Virus record (IMG/VR): IMGVR_UViG_3300021093_000006 | Source: a virus | Strand: one strand, 5' to 3' | DNA length: 64,000 nt | Shown: positions 39,927 to 48,526 of the stretch, piece after piece | Layout: each line of letters opens with the position of its first letter | Numbering within the stretch: position 1 is the stretch's first letter | Translations under genes and position numbers: made by a program | Notes under the pieces: generated by a model | Database searches by the model: none | What the model was told of the DNA's origin: nothing | The model's input: the letters and a program-made list of their open reading frames with translations, nothing else

Positions 39927-39943
39927 GATTTTTCATTTATAAT

Positions 39944-39951
39944 ATAAATAT
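39944..39951 (-). promoter_or_regulatory. Putative late promoter motif ATATTTAT
   Basis: 17 nt upstream of ATG 39926. Confidence 0.5.
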
Positions 39952-39969
39952 TATAAAAACTATAAAATT

Positions 39970-40125
39970 TTATTTTTCTTTGTTTGAAATATTTTGTTTA
40001 ATCATTATTTTTCTAGAAAAAGTGGGCATAATCATAATATCTGAATATGTATAACCACCAACTCTAACTAAAAAATTGATTTCTTTATGAAGATAAAGAA
40101 GATATTCAGAGTTCAGGCCAGAAAA
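39970..40125 (-). CDS. Frameshift extension of the tail assembly chaperone (gpGT-like C-terminal part, 50 aa)
   Basis: Frame without its own upstream start: (F)SGLNSEYLLYLHKEINFLVRVGGYTYSDIMIMPTFSRKIMIKQNISNKEK*. Begins at the T6 run (40122-40127), +1 relative to the 40879 ORF. Confidence 0.7.
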   Translation of the reverse strand, partial: FSGLNSEYLLYLHKEINFLVRVGGYTYSDIMIMPTFSRKIMIKQNISNKEK

Positions 40126-40879
40126 AAGTCGTGTTGAATCTAAGAAAGGTATCTACGGACTCTCCCCCCTGAGTCCTAGCGGTAGTTTTAAAATCTAATC
40201 CAGGATTTACCTCTTCAATGTATTTCCTTAATGATCTAGAATCAATAATAGGGATTTTTTTTAATATATTAGAAATTTTTATTTTATCCCTTTCACCATC
40301 AATAGATTTAATTTGTTGTTCTAAAGTAAAAATTAATTTATTTGATACCCCATCAGGATTTCTTTTTAAATCTTCTTTTTCTCTAATGTCTATTATTTCT
40401 TCATCTTTACCTGTTAAAAGAGAAAAAGTAACTTTTTTATTTGATTTAGGTAATAAAAATTCAAACTCACCATTTTCATCTGGTCTTATAGTTAATTTTT
40501 TTTGTTGTAGTGACGATAAATTAATTACCCCTTCCTCAAACTCACCAGATTTCGAATTAAATACCAATTGAGTGTATTCTTCACCAAATGCAGTTACTCT
40601 TAAAAAAATCATTAAAGCGGTTCTATCTCCAATAAGTAAATCCGATGAATCAAAACCTAAATCCTTTACTTTTCTTTTAATTAAAATATCTATTATTTTA
40701 CCACCATTAGAAATGTTAGGTGATGTTAGAATAGTCTCATCCATCGCAGTCAAATATTCAACCTTAACAGATTTCTTATTATTCTTATATAAAATTCCTT
40801 GTGAAGGTAATTCTATAATATCATAAGGTGTCCTATATTCTTCAGGAATAAAATCAGGACTTAATTCATTTTCTATCAT
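40106..40879 (-). CDS. Tail assembly chaperone / T4 gp26-like baseplate hub assembly protein
   Basis: PYDIIELPSQG...VKVEYLTAMDETILTSPN; LLIGDRTALMIFLRVTAFG; ends TTFFWPEL over a slippery T run. Confidence 0.8.
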   Translation of the reverse strand: MIENELSPDFIPEEYRTPYDIIELPSQGILYKNNKKSVKVEYLTAMDETILTSPNISNGGKIIDILIKRKVKDLGFDSSDLLIGDRTALMIFLRVTAFGEEYTQLVFNSKSGEFEEGVINLSSLQQKKLTIRPDENGEFEFLLPKSNKKVTFSLLTGKDEEIIDIREKEDLKRNPDGVSNKLIFTLEQQIKSIDGERDKIKISNILKKIPIIDSRSLRKYIEEVNPGLDFKTTARTQGGESVDTFLRFNTTFFWPEL

Positions 40880-40934
40880 AATATATAATATAAAAAACTT
40901 TTATTTATTGTAAATACTAAAAAATAAAAAAAAA

Positions 40935-43262
40935 TTAATATCCACAATAACTTTTTTGTTTATCGTACCAATAATTAAAGGCATCGTCCCAATCCGCATC
41001 TAATCTATCTATTGAAGGGAAAATAGGTTCAAAGTGATCATCAAAAATAGAGAATAATTGTAGACTCCTATTAGCCTTATTTCTAGGGTCAGGACTAAAC
41101 CATTCTTCTGTAACATCAACATTACATTCTAATTTAGCAACACCCTCAACCCATAAGTATTCCATTAAATTTTTTGATTTTGATGAATCTTTTCTATTTT
41201 CATCACACCATACCTCAAAATCATTAACTATGTTAACGTCAATCTCTTCTGTTTCTTCTGCACCTGTATTACATTTTGCCTCTACAACTACCATATCAAT
41301 CCAATTTCTAAGAATTATAAAAAATTCATCTAAATTAGTAACTTTACCAAAAATATCTTGTCGTTTCATTATATCAATATATACCTTTGGATTTTTAGTA
41401 TTGGTTTTATCTGAAACATTAACTGTAATATATCCCGCATCACCATAAGATTTTAATTCATCTACTCTCTTATAGGCTTCATTCTTTATCGATTCACAAT
41501 CTTTTGTCGCAACAATATCTAATATTTCTTGATATATTTTTTGTACACGTTTCTCAACACAAGGTAAAGCTTGTTGGTTACATTTCATTCTAAGAATTTC
41601 TTGAAATGTCATAGGTTTACCTTCTTCTGTTAAATATCCTGCAACTGTTTTATCAGTTTTTGCCTTTTCTAAAATATCAATAACCAGTGATTCAGTATTT
41701 TCTATACCACTTCTATTGGCAATTTCTTTTAATTTTTCAGGACTCAACTTTTTAACAACTCCTTCATATATTTTCATAAATTTAGGATCTGCAATAATTG
41801 TTTTTAATTTTTCGTCATTATTACATTCCATACAACATTTTTCATTCCCACTTGTATCGGGAGGACATATTTTTTCTATTTGTGTTATTATATAACCGTC
41901 AAATTCCTGAAAAGGTCCTAAAATTTCACTTCTCCATATATCTTCTAAATCTACTACACTAGAAGCAAATGTCAATATCCCCCAACCACATTCCGCAAAT
42001 CTTTTTATATAACTAGTATCTGTTACCGCTTCTCCACCACTACTTTTTTTCCTAAGATATATTGACTCAGGATCTAAATCTGCCGCTGAAATTAAACAAT
42101 AAGTAGTGGCTAAAAGTAAAGTCGCCCCAACAGTTATATAAGTACCTATCATTATCTTATTTCTTAATAACTGAAACCTAGCCAATTTTTCAACCGCGCT
42201 TAAACCTTCATCTTTATTACCTGGTGCAGTAAAATCTAATCCTCTATCTTGTAAATATTTTTTATAGGAGTTAAATTGATTTTTAGATTTAAATTCTAAA
42301 ATATATGTTTTACCATTACTTTTATTATGGTAAATAATAACATTCTCCCAATTTAAATCTTTAGTAGATAATTTTTCTAATTTTACCCTAATTTTTTTGT
42401 CCCCCCAAAACTTCAATTTATTTATAAAACTACTTTCCATTATTTTAAATTTAGGGTCATTAGAAAAATTATCTTTCAAAAGGGTTCTAAAATCCTTTCC
42501 GTCCCATTCACTCATCCCTATTTGTTCTTTAATCCTTCTCCAAATATCATAAAGTTCTTGTTCCTTTGGTGTACTACCATTTTTTAAATCATCTAATCTT
42601 TTAAAATTATTTTCTAATTCATCAATAGATTTAATACCATCATCACTTACAAAACCTAATATTACGTTTCTAAAATCATCAGGTTTATTTAATTTATTCC
42701 ACATTTCATTTATTTTATTTAATTTATCTAAATGAAAATCTGTAATAACTAATTGGTTCATTAAGTAATTTAATTTAGTTAATTCATCTATCTGTGAAGG
42801 AGTTAAATTCCTCAAAACATCTGCAGGCATTTCCATAGTATTACCCATTATATAATTTTTTAAATTAACTCTATTTACTGAAATATTTTGTTCATCAAAA
42901 TATTTTAAAAAAGTAGTGGTTAAATTTTCTGCAAAATTATCCATTGTTATTCTTAGACTTTTTGCATTTAATAAATTTTTAAGGTTTTCAAATGAACCAC
43001 CTGATCTTATATTCCTTATCGCAGTATCATAATTATCGATTGCATCACCCATTCTTTCAGCACTATTCTCTAAATTTTTTAGAGACGGAGTGTTAAAATT
43101 AATGGATCTTCCTATATTTCTTGTCGATTTAATTAATTCATCACCAATACCCTCAACTATTAATTTTTTTAAACTTGTACTAACTTCATTGAACGTTTTA
43201 AAACCATTCATTCTCTCCATAAGAAGTTTTATATTATTTATATTCGACTCAAAATTTTTCAT
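40935..43262 (-). CDS. Leader-bearing protein with hydrophobic segments (775 aa)
   Basis: MKNFESNINNIKLLMERMN...LKKLIVE; TM-like IMIGTYITVGATLLLATTYCLISAA. Confidence 0.7.
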   Translation of the reverse strand: MKNFESNINNIKLLMERMNGFKTFNEVSTSLKKLIVEGIGDELIKSTRNIGRSINFNTPSLKNLENSAERMGDAIDNYDTAIRNIRSGGSFENLKNLLNAKSLRITMDNFAENLTTTFLKYFDEQNISVNRVNLKNYIMGNTMEMPADVLRNLTPSQIDELTKLNYLMNQLVITDFHLDKLNKINEMWNKLNKPDDFRNVILGFVSDDGIKSIDELENNFKRLDDLKNGSTPKEQELYDIWRRIKEQIGMSEWDGKDFRTLLKDNFSNDPKFKIMESSFINKLKFWGDKKIRVKLEKLSTKDLNWENVIIYHNKSNGKTYILEFKSKNQFNSYKKYLQDRGLDFTAPGNKDEGLSAVEKLARFQLLRNKIMIGTYITVGATLLLATTYCLISAADLDPESIYLRKKSSGGEAVTDTSYIKRFAECGWGILTFASSVVDLEDIWRSEILGPFQEFDGYIITQIEKICPPDTSGNEKCCMECNNDEKLKTIIADPKFMKIYEGVVKKLSPEKLKEIANRSGIENTESLVIDILEKAKTDKTVAGYLTEEGKPMTFQEILRMKCNQQALPCVEKRVQKIYQEILDIVATKDCESIKNEAYKRVDELKSYGDAGYITVNVSDKTNTKNPKVYIDIMKRQDIFGKVTNLDEFFIILRNWIDMVVVEAKCNTGAEETEEIDVNIVNDFEVWCDENRKDSSKSKNLMEYLWVEGVAKLECNVDVTEEWFSPDPRNKANRSLQLFSIFDDHFEPIFPSIDRLDADWDDAFNYWYDKQKSYCGY

Positions 43263-43264
43263 AA

Positions 43265-46200
43265 CTATAACGTAATTTTATTTTTTATTAAATCATCTAA
43301 ATTTATTGGTCCATTTAAAGATGAACCTAATTTCTCTTCAACAAATTCTAATATTGTTGTACATTCATTTGAGGAATCTTTTAATGATTCAGCTGTCCCA
43401 CCATTTTCACTATTTAAACCTAATAAAGAAGAAAGATCTGCGTCTATTACCCCTAATTTTAAATTAGTTTTAATCGCCTTTTTATCTTTATCCATAAGTC
43501 TAACTATTAAACCACTAGTTAAATTTATTACACCTGAAGACTCATTCCAAAAACCTTCTATTTTTATTAACCTTAACCCCATACCAAACTCTTTTGTTGC
43601 ACTATCATAACCGTCTTTAGTTATTATCATTTTAAAATTAGAAGAACCTATCGTAATATCTTTTTCACATGCATCATTATCATTTAACATATAATACATA
43701 TTAAATCTATTATTTTCATTTAAACCTTGTTCAAAAAGATTCACTAAAAAAAAGTGATTTTCTCTACTAGTTTTATCTTTTCTATATATACCTAAATAAC
43801 AACCGTCAGGTGATGTTCCAGATTGAAATGATAATTGTGTATTTGATCTGTATTTGTTGTAAATCTTACCTATTTGAGTATTTGGACCCAAACATAAATC
43901 TCCTTCATTACTTTGTCTAACAATATAACCTTTATCCTTTAAAAAATTAATTGCTTCAGATTCATTATCACATACTTCGTTAACTAAATTTCCATATAAT
44001 CTTTCGTCTGAAAATAATGATTTCATTCTTTTTATTTCTTCATTTAATTTTTTCATACCCTCATCTATTTTTTTTGGAACTTGATTTCCTTCACCTGTCA
44101 TTAACATATTTTGAAATTCGTCTATTTGTTCATCCGTCAATTCAGTATCCCCTGTAACTAATACCGCAGTTTTAACTATTGGTTTAATATTAGGTTTTGT
44201 CATAGTTTTTAAAACAACTATTTTATCATTAATTAAATTAATACCTTCCTGTTCTGTATAAGTTTTATTTAATATACCTTCTAAAATTGGATTAACTAAA
44301 TCTATTACCTCTTTTATATCTTTATGTTTATATCTTTTACCATTTATCTGAAAAGCCACTTCTTTATTTAGTAATAAAGCTGCCGCTTCTAAAGATTTGT
44401 TAGGTAATTTTATAATTTGTTGGATATTAAGATAAAAATTTACTAATAAATCAGTTTCTTCTTTAAAATTTTTCTTATCTATAAACCCACTCTTAGATAA
44501 CTGAGAAAATAAACTATCTATTTTTTCTTCATTAGAAATGATATTAGTAAAATCTGGACTAAGTTTAGAGTTATCTATCTCACCGTTAGAAGTAAAAACG
44601 CCTAATGGATCAAAACCAGTTTTATCATAAAGAGCTTTTAACGCTTTACCTAATTCTTCACTATAAACATACATACCAGCAAATAAAGATCCTTGTATAA
44701 TAACTTGTTTAATACCTTTATTGTAAGCATTAACCATTTTACTTAAATTTTTATTTGACTTAGTATATAATTTTTCTAAATTAGCGGGTGTTTCTTTCTT
44801 TAACATTTCTGCAAAAACACCTTTTTGCATTTTATCTAATTTATTATATTCATTTGTAAATTCACCACCTTTACCAAATTTATTAATTATTTCATCACTA
44901 TTAGCAACCTTACCAAAATTCTTAAATTGTTTAGCTTCATCAGGAGATAAAGTTCTTGCAAAATCTCTTAAAATTTGTCTACTTTTAATTGGGTCACCAT
45001 CTACCATTTTTAAAGCTTTGGTTAATTCTTCTAATCTACCTGTAAATTTAGAACCATATTTTAATAATTTCCCTGCTTCTGCTAAACCACCAAATGCACC
45101 TAACATAGTTAATCCTGCATTTAATTTCCATCCTTCTTTACCCTCTATCACATAACCAGCCGCACTTATTGCATCAATTATACCACTAATTAAAATACCA
45201 TAAGGACCAATTGCCAAAACTACGATAGAGGCAATGTCTGCAATACAATGCCAATCTTCAGCACAATCTTGTGTCCATTGATCAAATCTATCCCACCCAC
45301 TTAGAACGTTACCAGTACTTTTACCACACCATTCTTCTATATTAATAGTAGCTTGATAATTTCCTTCCGCACCTTTTACCGTTACATTAGCATTCCCTTT
45401 TGGGTTAACACAACAACAAATAGCCCTACCACCAATAAATCCTTTTCTTTTTACACCACCTTCCACTTCTTCAGATTGTGATGGGTACATAAATATCCCA
45501 CCATTTTTAGAACACGCTTGTTTCCAAGTAAAAGTTTCATTAATTTTAGCACCTCCGCCACCTGATCCTGGTGCCGATACAGGTACAGAATATGTTTTCA
45601 CATAATAAACTGGATCTGAACATGCATTATTTAATTTTTCGGGAGTATTATTTCTAATAATAATATTATGTAACTCAATTTGATCTAACACTATCTTATA
45701 TGTGTTATAATCTTCTAAGTATTCTTTGAATTTAGGACCAGCTTTTTGTAATATTTCTTTTTCTACTGAAGGGACATCTTTTTGGAAAGAATTTAACAGT
45801 TTCGCCATTTCTGGATTTTCTTTTTCCATTTTAGATAAAATGTTAAATTCTTTTTCTTTTTTATTATTTGTTTTCGGATAGATATTTTGCATTTCAGTAT
45901 CAAATCCTAATCTACCCATAATTGCTTGAGGATCAATTTGTGTATTATATTCACGTATTGATTGATACATCTTAACCTCTAATTCTTCCATCGATCTCAA
46001 TATATAAGATGGGTTAATACATGTTGATGATGATACCTTACCTTCTAATATTTGTTGTATTTTATCAGAATTGACAGTTTTAGGGTTAGTCCACCCAAAT
46101 GTTTTATTTGAAGAATCCCAAGATTTTAATGTTTCTAAATAATCTTTATATATACGACTTTGGTTTACGTATTCTGTACCATACTCATTATATCCCTTTT

Positions 46201-46759
46201 TTTTCTTTTGTTCCATCCCAATGACATCCAAAACATAAAATCTACCTAATTTATTAAAGGCAACTTTCATATATTTGTTATCATATGGTGCGTTACTAGT
46301 TTTATCTAATGTACCAGGTAAACCATTACTTTTTAATGCTTTATTTACATCTTTAATTCTTTGAGGAAAATCAGGATCATTAACCCATAATCTAAATGCG
46401 TCAGAATCTTTTTTACTTTTTATATTTTGTTTAAAAAATTTTTCATTTTCCGCATCAATCCTTTTTTTTGCAATATCTTTATCTTCTACACTGGCAGTAG
46501 TTTTCTTACCTTGACTAGCTAATAATGCAATTTGTACATCACTATACACATAACTCCATGTACCGTCAGAATTTTTTTTCCAGCACAAACCTTTAGGAAC
46601 ATCTAAATAGTCATAATAAGCTGGATGTGTATATAATAATAAATGCTTATTCCACACAGGAGTATATCCTATTTGTTTGACAGTATACTTTGGTGGATCA
46701 CTTTCATTTAAAAAAATCCTTTTATACTGATTTTCAGTTATAAAAATTTTTTTTTTCAT
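43265..46759 (-). CDS. Leader-bearing 1164-aa protein with Gly/Ala hydrophobic hairpin and a second internal leader
   Basis: MKKKIFITENQYKRIFLNE; IADIASIVVLAIGPYGILISGIIDAISAAG...LNAGLTMLGAFGGL; internal MKKLNEEIKRMKSLFSDERLYGNLVNE (ATG 44056). Confidence 0.72.
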   Translation of the reverse strand: MKKKIFITENQYKRIFLNESDPPKYTVKQIGYTPVWNKHLLLYTHPAYYDYLDVPKGLCWKKNSDGTWSYVYSDVQIALLASQGKKTTASVEDKDIAKKRIDAENEKFFKQNIKSKKDSDAFRLWVNDPDFPQRIKDVNKALKSNGLPGTLDKTSNAPYDNKYMKVAFNKLGRFYVLDVIGMEQKKKKGYNEYGTEYVNQSRIYKDYLETLKSWDSSNKTFGWTNPKTVNSDKIQQILEGKVSSSTCINPSYILRSMEELEVKMYQSIREYNTQIDPQAIMGRLGFDTEMQNIYPKTNNKKEKEFNILSKMEKENPEMAKLLNSFQKDVPSVEKEILQKAGPKFKEYLEDYNTYKIVLDQIELHNIIIRNNTPEKLNNACSDPVYYVKTYSVPVSAPGSGGGGAKINETFTWKQACSKNGGIFMYPSQSEEVEGGVKRKGFIGGRAICCCVNPKGNANVTVKGAEGNYQATINIEEWCGKSTGNVLSGWDRFDQWTQDCAEDWHCIADIASIVVLAIGPYGILISGIIDAISAAGYVIEGKEGWKLNAGLTMLGAFGGLAEAGKLLKYGSKFTGRLEELTKALKMVDGDPIKSRQILRDFARTLSPDEAKQFKNFGKVANSDEIINKFGKGGEFTNEYNKLDKMQKGVFAEMLKKETPANLEKLYTKSNKNLSKMVNAYNKGIKQVIIQGSLFAGMYVYSEELGKALKALYDKTGFDPLGVFTSNGEIDNSKLSPDFTNIISNEEKIDSLFSQLSKSGFIDKKNFKEETDLLVNFYLNIQQIIKLPNKSLEAAALLLNKEVAFQINGKRYKHKDIKEVIDLVNPILEGILNKTYTEQEGINLINDKIVVLKTMTKPNIKPIVKTAVLVTGDTELTDEQIDEFQNMLMTGEGNQVPKKIDEGMKKLNEEIKRMKSLFSDERLYGNLVNEVCDNESEAINFLKDKGYIVRQSNEGDLCLGPNTQIGKIYNKYRSNTQLSFQSGTSPDGCYLGIYRKDKTSRENHFFLVNLFEQGLNENNRFNMYYMLNDNDACEKDITIGSSNFKMIITKDGYDSATKEFGMGLRLIKIEGFWNESSGVINLTSGLIVRLMDKDKKAIKTNLKLGVIDADLSSLLGLNSENGGTAESLKDSSNECTTILEFVEEKLGSSLNGPINLDDLIKNKITL

Positions 46760-46762
46760 TAT

Positions 46763-47866
46763 TTATTGAACTCTAAATATGCAATTATTTTCATCACCTT
46801 TCATAATAGAAATTTTATTTTTATCGACATCTAAATTAAGAGTTTTAAATATTTGTGTTAAAATATTATTTCTAAATATAAGTCTATCACCTTTTTTCTG
46901 TATGAATGTCATACCTCTTACCCCATTAAATTTATATTGATTTCCAGTTATTTTTTTAATTACCCCTAATTTAGTACCCCTATCATTTTTAACTATATAT
47001 TTCTCCCCCTCAACTCCTTTAGATACTTTACCTTCACCTGTTTTATAATCACCTATTAAAGGATTACCTTCATCATCATTTGTATCTTGTAATTCTCTAA
47101 CCATTCTTAGAATATCTTCATTCTTCTCAAATCGATTATAAAAATTAGCCATACATCTTTCTACTGATTTATAAGCGTCAGTCTCAAATCCATATTCTTC
47201 TAAATCACCAGGACCAGCACCTTTTAACCATGCTTTATACATTGCTTTAAGATGTTCTTTACAACTATCTATATTATCATCTATTACGTCTTTATCATTT
47301 TTAACATCTTGTTTAATATCTTTTCTTATACCCTTCCCTTCTTTTTTAGATAAAAAGTTCAATTCTGCATCTTTACTTATAAAAATTTCAACAGGTACAC
47401 CTTTATCATCTTTGATAAATCTTTTTACATAGTCTAAATCTCTACCTGGTTTAGGTTTATCAACATAACCAACTTTCATTTTGATTTTTTCAAAAGACAT
47501 TCGTTTAATATATTTTTTTCCGTTTATATCCTTAGTTTCATAAAAATCTAATGAGTCTGCCTCATCACCCTCTATCTCTTTTTTCTTATCATCTGTTAAT
47601 TCTACAAAACCTTTAGGTATCATAGTGGTTTTATCATCTTTTTTATCTGTCGTACCACCATCACCCTCTTCATCTTTATCAGATTCACATAATTTTGGGT
47701 CACATTGATTAGTTTGTGGATCATATTTACCATATTTTTCTTTGGTTTCATCATCACATTGACAACCAGGATCATCTTCATTAAGATTTCCATACATTCT
47801 TTCTTCAGTAAATAAAGATTTAATTCTTCTTATTTCTTCATTTAAATTTAAAATTCTATTTCTCAT
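46763..47866 (-). CDS. Leader-bearing charged protein (367 aa)
   Basis: MRNRILNLNEEIRRIKSLFTEERMYGNLNE followed by a Cys/acidic linker. Confidence 0.72.
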   Translation of the reverse strand: MRNRILNLNEEIRRIKSLFTEERMYGNLNEDDPGCQCDDETKEKYGKYDPQTNQCDPKLCESDKDEEGDGGTTDKKDDKTTMIPKGFVELTDDKKKEIEGDEADSLDFYETKDINGKKYIKRMSFEKIKMKVGYVDKPKPGRDLDYVKRFIKDDKGVPVEIFISKDAELNFLSKKEGKGIRKDIKQDVKNDKDVIDDNIDSCKEHLKAMYKAWLKGAGPGDLEEYGFETDAYKSVERCMANFYNRFEKNEDILRMVRELQDTNDDEGNPLIGDYKTGEGKVSKGVEGEKYIVKNDRGTKLGVIKKITGNQYKFNGVRGMTFIQKKGDRLIFRNNILTQIFKTLNLDVDKNKISIMKGDENNCIFRVQ

Positions 47867-47898
47867 ATTTTTTTTATTATATACAATTATTCTAATAA

Positions 47899-47906
47899 AT
47901 AAATAT
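47899..47906 (-). promoter_or_regulatory. Putative late promoter motif ATATTTAT
   Basis: Between the tube terminator and ATG 47866 (32 nt upstream). Confidence 0.55.
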
Positions 47907-47911
47907 TAGAT

Positions 47912-47943
47912 AAAAATAAAAAATCCCACCTAATGATGGGATT
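47912..47943 (-). terminator. Intrinsic terminator after the tail tube gene
   Basis: AAUCCCAUC-AUUA-GGUGGGAUU followed by UUUUAUUUUU. Confidence 0.78.
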
Positions 47944-47967
47944 AATTATAATTCTTTTTAAAATATT

Positions 47968-48456
47968 TTAGAATACGTTAATCGCTCTATCAAAACGAAG
48001 CGTTGCCGTAATATCTGCCAAATCAGAAGAAGAGTAATCTAATGAACCAAAGTCCACATCATTTAACTGAGTACTTTGTAATATCCATTTTTGAACTACT
48101 ACACCTGTTGGGTCCAACATTTCCAATTCTACATCTTTTTTGTAACCTGCAGCATAACCTTGTCTACCTGTTACTGATTCAGAGTGTAAACGAATCCATT
48201 CCATTAACGCTTGTGTAGCGGAAGGTCCGATTGGATCTCTAAATGTCACAGAGATTGATTCCCAGTTAAATCTACCTATTACATATGTAGAAGTATTTAA
48301 AAAAGGTATCTCCACCTCTGAACTCGTATATTTTGGTCGGCTAGTTGTAGATACCCACCATTCTTGAATCCCCAATTCATCTGGAAATCTCAAAATAAAC
48401 CTATTCTTTCTTAGTGGTTCGTAAGGAACAGGCATTCTCATTAATAAATCAGCCAT
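47968..48456 (-). CDS. Tail tube protein, T4 gp19-like
   Basis: EPLRKNRFILRF...STTSRP...VEIPFLN..TYVIGRFNWESISVTFRDPI...LMEW...GYKKDVELEMLDPTGVVVQKWIL. Confidence 0.9.
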   Translation of the reverse strand: MADLLMRMPVPYEPLRKNRFILRFPDELGIQEWWVSTTSRPKYTSSEVEIPFLNTSTYVIGRFNWESISVTFRDPIGPSATQALMEWIRLHSESVTGRQGYAAGYKKDVELEMLDPTGVVVQKWILQSTQLNDVDFGSLDYSSSDLADITATLRFDRAINVF

Positions 48457-48501
48457 CTTAATTTTTTTTTAATTTTTTTTATTAGTTGTATTATTTATTA
48501 T

Positions 48502-48509
48502 ATAAATAT
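48502..48509 (-). promoter_or_regulatory. Putative late promoter motif ATATTTAT
   Basis: 45 nt upstream of the tube ATG. Confidence 0.5.
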
Positions 48510-48526
48510 TGTATTTTTAAAAAAAT

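Noticed and set aside
39916-39936. Six-codon uORF (MKNHVI*) next to an A8 run, as a second frameshift into the 39926 gene
   Set aside because: In-frame ATGs at 39926 and 39881 explain the gene; no supporting signal.
40116-40128. Canonical -1 frameshift at T TTT TTC
   Set aside because: The heptamer fits X XXY YYZ, but the -1 frame hits TGA two codons later; only the +1/-2 frame is open.
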